Shown here: positions 25,598 to 28,812 of the stretch, piece after piece
Position numbering within the stretch: the stretch's first letter is position 1
Layout of the letters: each line of letters starts with the position of its first letter
DNA from: Planctomycetota bacterium
Lineage (GTDB): Bacteria; Planctomycetota; UBA1135
Direction: 5' to 3'
Length of the DNA: 28,812 nucleotides
Assembly (NCBI GenBank): GCA_045047305.1
Contig: JASFYO010000074.1
Span: 1-28,812, forward strand
Notes under the pieces: generated by a model
Database searches by the model: none
The model's input: the letters and a program-made list of their open reading frames with translations, nothing else
Told to the model about the DNA's origin: nothing
Position numbers and translations under genes: made by a program

Positions 25598-27889
25598 ATG
25601 TCTTCCCCACGTCAGCCCAGCGCCGAGGTTCGCCTCGCCCGCTATCTGGGACTCAAAGTCCCTGTCATGAACGCCCTGCGCGAAGGTCTCGCAGCAGGGG
25701 AGTTTCCCGTGTTCTTGCGTTGTGCAGCACCTGCCCTCGCCGGACAATTTCCGCACGCATTTGGTTTTGAGCTTTTGCTCGAACGTTTGCGTCAGGCCGA
25801 ATCTTTGGAGCGTCGCCGCGGCAACCTGCTGCGCACCTTCGAAGGGCGGGAAGAAGAATTCCCAGAGGCTCTAGAAGTCGTGCAGAATACGATGGACGAA
25901 GGTGAGCTGGAAGATGCTGGCTTGGTGATTCATCCTTCGCCAGCACCGGCCGACTTTGAAGCGCCGGAAAAGGAAGAGTACGCGGATTTTCTGGCCAAGC
26001 TTCGCGCTGATGCAAACTTGGCTCTGCAACTACAGCGCAAGTTTCGCTTGGAAGGCACCATGGACGTCACCGCCTTGGATCCAGAGTCGGAAGAGAAGAA
26101 GCGCTTCCATAACTTAGCGCAAGGCTTGATGCCGATTGCGCAGTGTGCGCCTGACCGTTATTTGCAGTTGCGTCGTGCTGAGCGCGCGCATGCAGTAAAA
26201 GTTGAATTTGGCATTCCAGCAGCAACCATCACTCAGTTATTTGAGGCGTTGGAGTCTTATCCGAAGCAAGAGAAGGAGAGCTACCGTAGCTTGTTTACCG
26301 ACTTTGTTCACCGCGAGCGGTTGCCGCGTTTAGTGCAACAAGTGCGTGGAACTTTAAAGCGGCGCGCCGAAGAGGCTTCCCTGCAAAACGGGTGGGAGCA
26401 GGTCGAGCGGTCTTTGGACCGGGGCCAGAATGAGTCCTTAGTGATCGGCGTTTGTGCTGCCAAGAAAGGCCGCATGGTGTTGGCCGCTGGGCATGGTACA
26501 GATGAAACGCCGCGCACAGTTGAGTTGGACTTGAAGTCTGAATCTCTTGCCGCAGACTTGAAGAAGTTCCTTGGCGAGGAGCAAGTTGGTTTGGTGGCGG
26601 TACAAGCGGATACTAGCACTCGTGCTGGCGCCCGCACTTTGATGAAGGCATTCCCAGGAGGGAAGCCACGCATGGTGATGGTGCCGATGGCCGTGGTGAA
26701 AACCATGTTGCGCGAAGTAGCGCGCCGTCCCGCCGACGCTCTACTCAGTCATGATGAGCGCCAAGCCTTTTTGGTTGCCACCATGGCTGCAGATCCACGT
26801 GCGGCCGCCTTCCATACCCCGCACATCGTGCGTGCATTTATCCCATTCCGCGGCGAGATCAACCACCGCATTCTGGATGACTTTGAAACCACTTTCTTGC
26901 GCTCTTTGCTGGCCTCGAAAGGTGTGGATGTAAACATCGCTAGCGCCGATGCCCTGCGTTTGGTCCCTGGCCTCGATGCTGAAGGTGTTGTCTTGGAGCG
27001 TTCCACCGCACCATTTCGCAGTTTGCGTGATTTGCAGGACCGCATCGGCCTCACCGCAGAAGCGTGGCGCGCGGCATGTTGTATGTTGCGAGTGCGTGGT
27101 GGCGACGAACCATTAGACGCGCGTAGTCTGCATCCGATGTACTACCAAGTGCTGAAGCAAACCATGGCATCTGCCGGGATGAAGATTCAGGATTTGGTGA
27201 AGGATCCGGGTAAAATCAAACAAATGGATTGGAGCGTCGCGCTTGAAGGTGAGCGACAATTCGATGGCATTGTGCAACGTGTGAAAGAAGGCTTGTCGAA
27301 GTCTCGCCGCTCTCGTTTGCGCTTCCAGGCCGGAGGCAGCGGTGGCCAGCACGGCAATCAACGCGGTGGCGGACGTAAGCTCGAGACCTTGGTAGTTGGC
27401 GAAATGCTCAAAGGAAAGGTAAAAAACCTAGCTGAGTATGGTGCCTTTATTGAGTTCGGCGCCGAGCGCGAAGGGCTTGTTCACGTGAGTCATTGCTCAG
27501 AGGGCTACATCAAGCATCCTAATGAAGCTTTGTCCGAAGGGCAGGCTGTGGAGGTGCGGGTGTTAGCTGTGGATTTGGCAGCGCGAAAGATTCGCTTGTC
27601 TTTGCTCACCGAAGAGCAAGAAAAGGAACGCGAAGCCCAACGTAAGCAGCGCCAAAGTTCTCGCGGCGATCGCGATGGCGGCGGGCGTGGTGGCCAAGGC
27701 GGAGGCCAAGGTGGCGGCCGCGGACGCGGCGGTCCTCGTGGTGGCGGCAAAGGTCGCGGACGTAGGGAAGACTTTGGTCCTGACCCGAAACGCCAGAAGA
27801 AAGAAGAGTTCGACCCAACCAACCCGTTCTATGTGTTCTTCCAAAACCAGAAGGAAGAAGGCAAGGAAACGGAAGGCTCCAGCTCTTAA
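25598..27889 (+). CDS. Divergent Tex-like S1 RNA-binding protein with an RGG-rich tail
   Basis: HhH region GVDVNIASADALRLVPGL..FRSLRDL and LRVRGGDEPLD..LHPMYY; clear S1 domain (GKVKNLAEYGAFIEFG...EGLVHVS..GQAVEVRVLAVD....KIRLSL); N-terminal Tex motifs are eroded. Confidence 0.8.
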   Translation: MSSPRQPSAEVRLARYLGLKVPVMNALREGLAAGEFPVFLRCAAPALAGQFPHAFGFELLLERLRQAESLERRRGNLLRTFEGREEEFPEALEVVQNTMDEGELEDAGLVIHPSPAPADFEAPEKEEYADFLAKLRADANLALQLQRKFRLEGTMDVTALDPESEEKKRFHNLAQGLMPIAQCAPDRYLQLRRAERAHAVKVEFGIPAATITQLFEALESYPKQEKESYRSLFTDFVHRERLPRLVQQVRGTLKRRAEEASLQNGWEQVERSLDRGQNESLVIGVCAAKKGRMVLAAGHGTDETPRTVELDLKSESLAADLKKFLGEEQVGLVAVQADTSTRAGARTLMKAFPGGKPRMVMVPMAVVKTMLREVARRPADALLSHDERQAFLVATMAADPRAAAFHTPHIVRAFIPFRGEINHRILDDFETTFLRSLLASKGVDVNIASADALRLVPGLDAEGVVLERSTAPFRSLRDLQDRIGLTAEAWRAACCMLRVRGGDEPLDARSLHPMYYQVLKQTMASAGMKIQDLVKDPGKIKQMDWSVALEGERQFDGIVQRVKEGLSKSRRSRLRFQAGGSGGQHGNQRGGGRKLETLVVGEMLKGKVKNLAEYGAFIEFGAEREGLVHVSHCSEGYIKHPNEALSEGQAVEVRVLAVDLAARKIRLSLLTEEQEKEREAQRKQRQSSRGDRDGGGRGGQGGGQGGGRGRGGPRGGGKGRGRREDFGPDPKRQKKEEFDPTNPFYVFFQNQKEEGKETEGSSS

Positions 27890-27894
27890 GCTTC

Positions 27895-28665
27895 ATGGAT
27901 TACGCGATCCAAACCAAGGCGCTCACGCGTAACTTTGGTGACTTTTGTGCTGTGCAGCAGGTGGACCTGCAGGTGGAAAAGGGAACCTTTTATGGGTTCC
28001 TTGGCCCCAATGGTGCGGGGAAATCGACCACAATTAAGATGCTAACAGGGCTTTTGGCGCCAACTTCGGGCGCCATCTCGGTGTTAGGCCAGGACCCATG
28101 CGAGCAAAAACAGGCTTTGATTATGAAGAGCCGGATTGGTGTCATGCCAGAAGATCTTGCCCTGTTTGATAATTTGAAGGCGGCGGAATACTTGACCTTT
28201 ATCGGTCGCATGCACGGGATGGAGAAGAAGGTTATCCGTAGCCGCAGCGATGAGCTTCTTCCGTTGTTGGATTTGGAAAAGGATGGCAATAAGCTGGCAA
28301 TCGAATATTCCCATGGCATGAAAAAGAAGCTGGCTCTTGCAGCCGCCTTGCTTCCAGACCCAGATTTGCTTTTTCTCGATGAACCCTTCGAAGGCGTCGA
28401 CGCCGTTGCATCGCGCACCATCCGTAAGCTCCTGGCGAAGTTTGTCGAACGTGGATCGACCGTTTTTTTGACATCTCATGTGTTAGAAATCGTGGAGCGG
28501 CTATGTACGCACGTTGGCATTATTTCCGAGGGTGTGCTGGTGGAGCAAAGCTTGATGTCTGATTTGGGGACTGGTGGTTCTTTGGAAGAACGTTTCCTCG
28601 AGGTCGTGGGCACAGATGCGGAGTCCGATCCGCAAATCAGTTGGTTGGGTGAGGGCCAGCTTTGA
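27895..28665 (+). CDS. ABC transporter ATP-binding protein (ABC-2 exporter type)
   Basis: Walker A GPNGAGKST, signature YSHGMKK, Walker B LLFLDEP and H-loop LTSH. Confidence 0.95.
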   Translation: MDYAIQTKALTRNFGDFCAVQQVDLQVEKGTFYGFLGPNGAGKSTTIKMLTGLLAPTSGAISVLGQDPCEQKQALIMKSRIGVMPEDLALFDNLKAAEYLTFIGRMHGMEKKVIRSRSDELLPLLDLEKDGNKLAIEYSHGMKKKLALAAALLPDPDLLFLDEPFEGVDAVASRTIRKLLAKFVERGSTVFLTSHVLEIVERLCTHVGIISEGVLVEQSLMSDLGTGGSLEERFLEVVGTDAESDPQISWLGEGQL

Positions 28666-28812
28666 ATCAAGGGCAATTCAAGGCCATGTTGTGGGTGCGA
28701 TGGCGCATTTTGGCCAACCGCTTAAGTCGTCGCGGAAAAATTAATAACGTTCTCTTTGGGCTGCTGGCCATTCTCGGAGTGGTTGTTGGCATGGGGGTTT
28801 TTTTTGGTGCCA
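28662..28812 (+). CDS. Probable ABC permease, 5' part only (cut by the window edge)
   Basis: TTG start overlaps the ATPase stop (TTGA). It reads MNQGQFKAMLWVRWRILANRLSRRGKINNVLFGLLAILGVVVGMGVFFGA: a basic amphipathic helix followed by a TM segment. Confidence 0.7.
   Translation, partial: MNQGQFKAMLWVRWRILANRLSRRGKINNVLFGLLAILGVVVGMGVFFGA

Overview
A GC-rich, gene-dense bacterial chromosomal window, probably Planctomycetota (inferred from a PVC-type CxxCH/DUF1080 protein, FG-GAP/CRTAC1 exoproteins and scarce Shine-Dalgarno motifs). In order it holds: a CRTAC1/ASPIC-UnbV exoprotein, a ceramidase-like membrane protein, a small exported protein, a membrane protein, a PVC-type heme protein, an arsR-acr3-arsC operon (ArsC fused to a VOC domain), an S10 carboxypeptidase, a DUF885 protein, a fused System II cytochrome c synthase CcsBA with a coupled two-repeat lipoprotein, tRNA-Pro(TGG), elbB, a PTS Enzyme I-like gene, an FG-GAP protein with a sigma-54-type promoter, a ThrB-like kinase, a stand-alone fusA, a Tex-like protein and an ABC transporter running off the right edge. 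No integrase, transposase or CRISPR array was seen. Most notable: (1) a second tRNA-Pro 3' portion just past the tRNA terminator, interrupted by two insertions; (2) an Enzyme I that keeps its phospho-His but lacks the catalytic Cys and ND motif, near similarly altered ThrB and Tex homologues; (3) an ArsC/ArsI-like fusion lacking ArsI's Cys-Cys pair; (4) a candidate System II accessory lipoprotein; (5) a shared C-terminal domain on two exoproteins; (6) recurrent leaderless promoter geometry. All family calls come from motifs recognised by eye; no searches were run.
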